A DNA stretch of 26,720 nucleotides, taken from a virus (taxonomy: Duplodnaviria > Caudoviricetes). Every line of letters begins with the position of its first letter. Position 1 is the first letter of the stretch. Shown here in pieces: positions 25,844-26,720 of this stretch. Under the pieces are notes generated by a model. The model was not told the origin of the DNA, searched no databases, and was given only the letters and a program-made list of their open reading frames with translations. The DNA is taken from IMG/VR virus record IMGVR_UViG_3300025018_000482, positions 1-26,720 of that record. One strand, written 5' to 3'. The position numbers and the translations under genes are program-made.

Positions 25844-26720
25844 ATGAGACGAGGAAATTTCGATATCAGCGCGCTTACTAAAGATATCTATAAAAAAAAT
25901 AGACGTTATGAAGTTAAGCAATTAGTTGAGAAGTGGGAAAATACAGGCCTTTTAGAAGGTCTTAATGATGGTCGTAGCCAAGAGAACAAGTCAAATATGG
26001 CAGTTCTTCTTGAGAATATGGCTGGCGAACTTCTTAATGAAAGCTCAACAACTGCAGACATAATTGGTTTTCAGAATGTGGCTTTTCCAATCGTTCGCCG
26101 AGTCTTCGGCGGGTTGATTGCCAATGAGCTTGTTTCTGTTCAACCAATGAGTTTACCATCCGGACTGTTGTTCTATCTAGATTATAGACATGACTCAGTA
26201 AAGGCTGGTAATAAAAATGATGATTTCACCGTTGGTGGATCACTCTTTGGTGCACAAACTGCTCCAGGTACTGAGAATCTTGCAACTGGTGGTTTCTACA
26301 ATCTTGGAACTTCCTACTCGCAACGTGAGAAAGTTTCGGCTCAGTCGTTCAACTTCGTTGCAACAACTGCGTCACTTGCCGATGTTAATCATGATCCTGA
26401 TTTATCGGCGTCCATCGCAGTCGATGCTACAAAGCATATTAAGAAGATAACTGTTACTAACGCGTACACAAACCTTGCATCTAACTCTGGATCTGACACA
26501 TCAGTTAATGGTCTTAAACAGTGGATGCTTCTTTCCGGTTCGTCAACTGCGGCTTCGACATCAACTGATGGTACTCCAGTTCAGATGGGAGACCTTATTG
26601 TTTATCGTCGTCACACAGTACGAAGTGGTAATGACCTGGTCTTCTTTGCATCAGGTACTCTCAATGGTGTTGGTGGCGCCGGCGCTGGTACTGCTGGTGC
26701 TATTAAGATCAGTTATCTTG
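25844..26720 (+). CDS. Major capsid protein (T4 gp23-like), 5' part, runs off the window
   Basis: MRRGNFD...LVEKWENTGLLEGL...MAVLLEN...LLNES...AFPIVRRVFGGLIANELVSVQPMSLPSGLLFYLDY. The frame stays open to the end of the window; not in the ORF track because it has no stop. Confidence 0.96.
   Translation, partial: MRRGNFDISALTKDIYKKNRRYEVKQLVEKWENTGLLEGLNDGRSQENKSNMAVLLENMAGELLNESSTTADIIGFQNVAFPIVRRVFGGLIANELVSVQPMSLPSGLLFYLDYRHDSVKAGNKNDDFTVGGSLFGAQTAPGTENLATGGFYNLGTSYSQREKVSAQSFNFVATTASLADVNHDPDLSASIAVDATKHIKKITVTNAYTNLASNSGSDTSVNGLKQWMLLSGSSTAASTSTDGTPVQMGDLIVYRRHTVRSGNDLVFFASGTLNGVGGAGAGTAGAIKISYL

Noticed and set aside
1-26720. Stop-codon reassignment (TAG or TGA), as seen in some large phages
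   Set aside because: Conserved genes are uninterrupted in code 11, and TAG/TGA end genes at natural boundaries (e.g. 2736, 4458, 9308, 16164).
1-26720. tRNA, rRNA or CRISPR arrays
   Set aside because: Intergenic gaps are short, and none shows a cloverleaf or repeat-spacer pattern.

Overview
This window is an AT-rich fragment of a large T4-like (myovirus-type) phage genome, with essentially all genes on the + strand in standard code 11. From left to right it holds paralogous tail/baseplate-type virion genes interleaved with two free-standing homing endonucleases (PD-(D/E)XK and GIY-YIG). Next come a coupled RuvC-like resolvase, DnaG-type primase and fused SbcD-SbcC (Mre11-Rad50) block, then a holin-like and spanin-like pair. 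The head/packaging module follows: terminase large subunit, portal with an HNH-containing intein, prohead protease, a head-spike/fibre protein ending in a GH16 glycosidase, internal core proteins, a phage ribosomal protein bS21, scaffold, and the 5' part of the major capsid protein. The ORF track missed an apparent AUU start codon (902), a 59-aa zinc-finger ORF, a collapsed HNH endonuclease remnant and the truncated capsid gene. The most interesting signals are a possible translation-level control layer (phage bS21, SD-occluding hairpins, an AUU start, a duplicated RBS giving a nested scaffold isoform), strong [ST]-G-S enrichment in outward-facing virion proteins (possible modification sequon), and a candidate single-chain spanin with a C-terminal beta-barrel-type anchor. 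All functional calls come from motif recognition by eye; no database searches were run.
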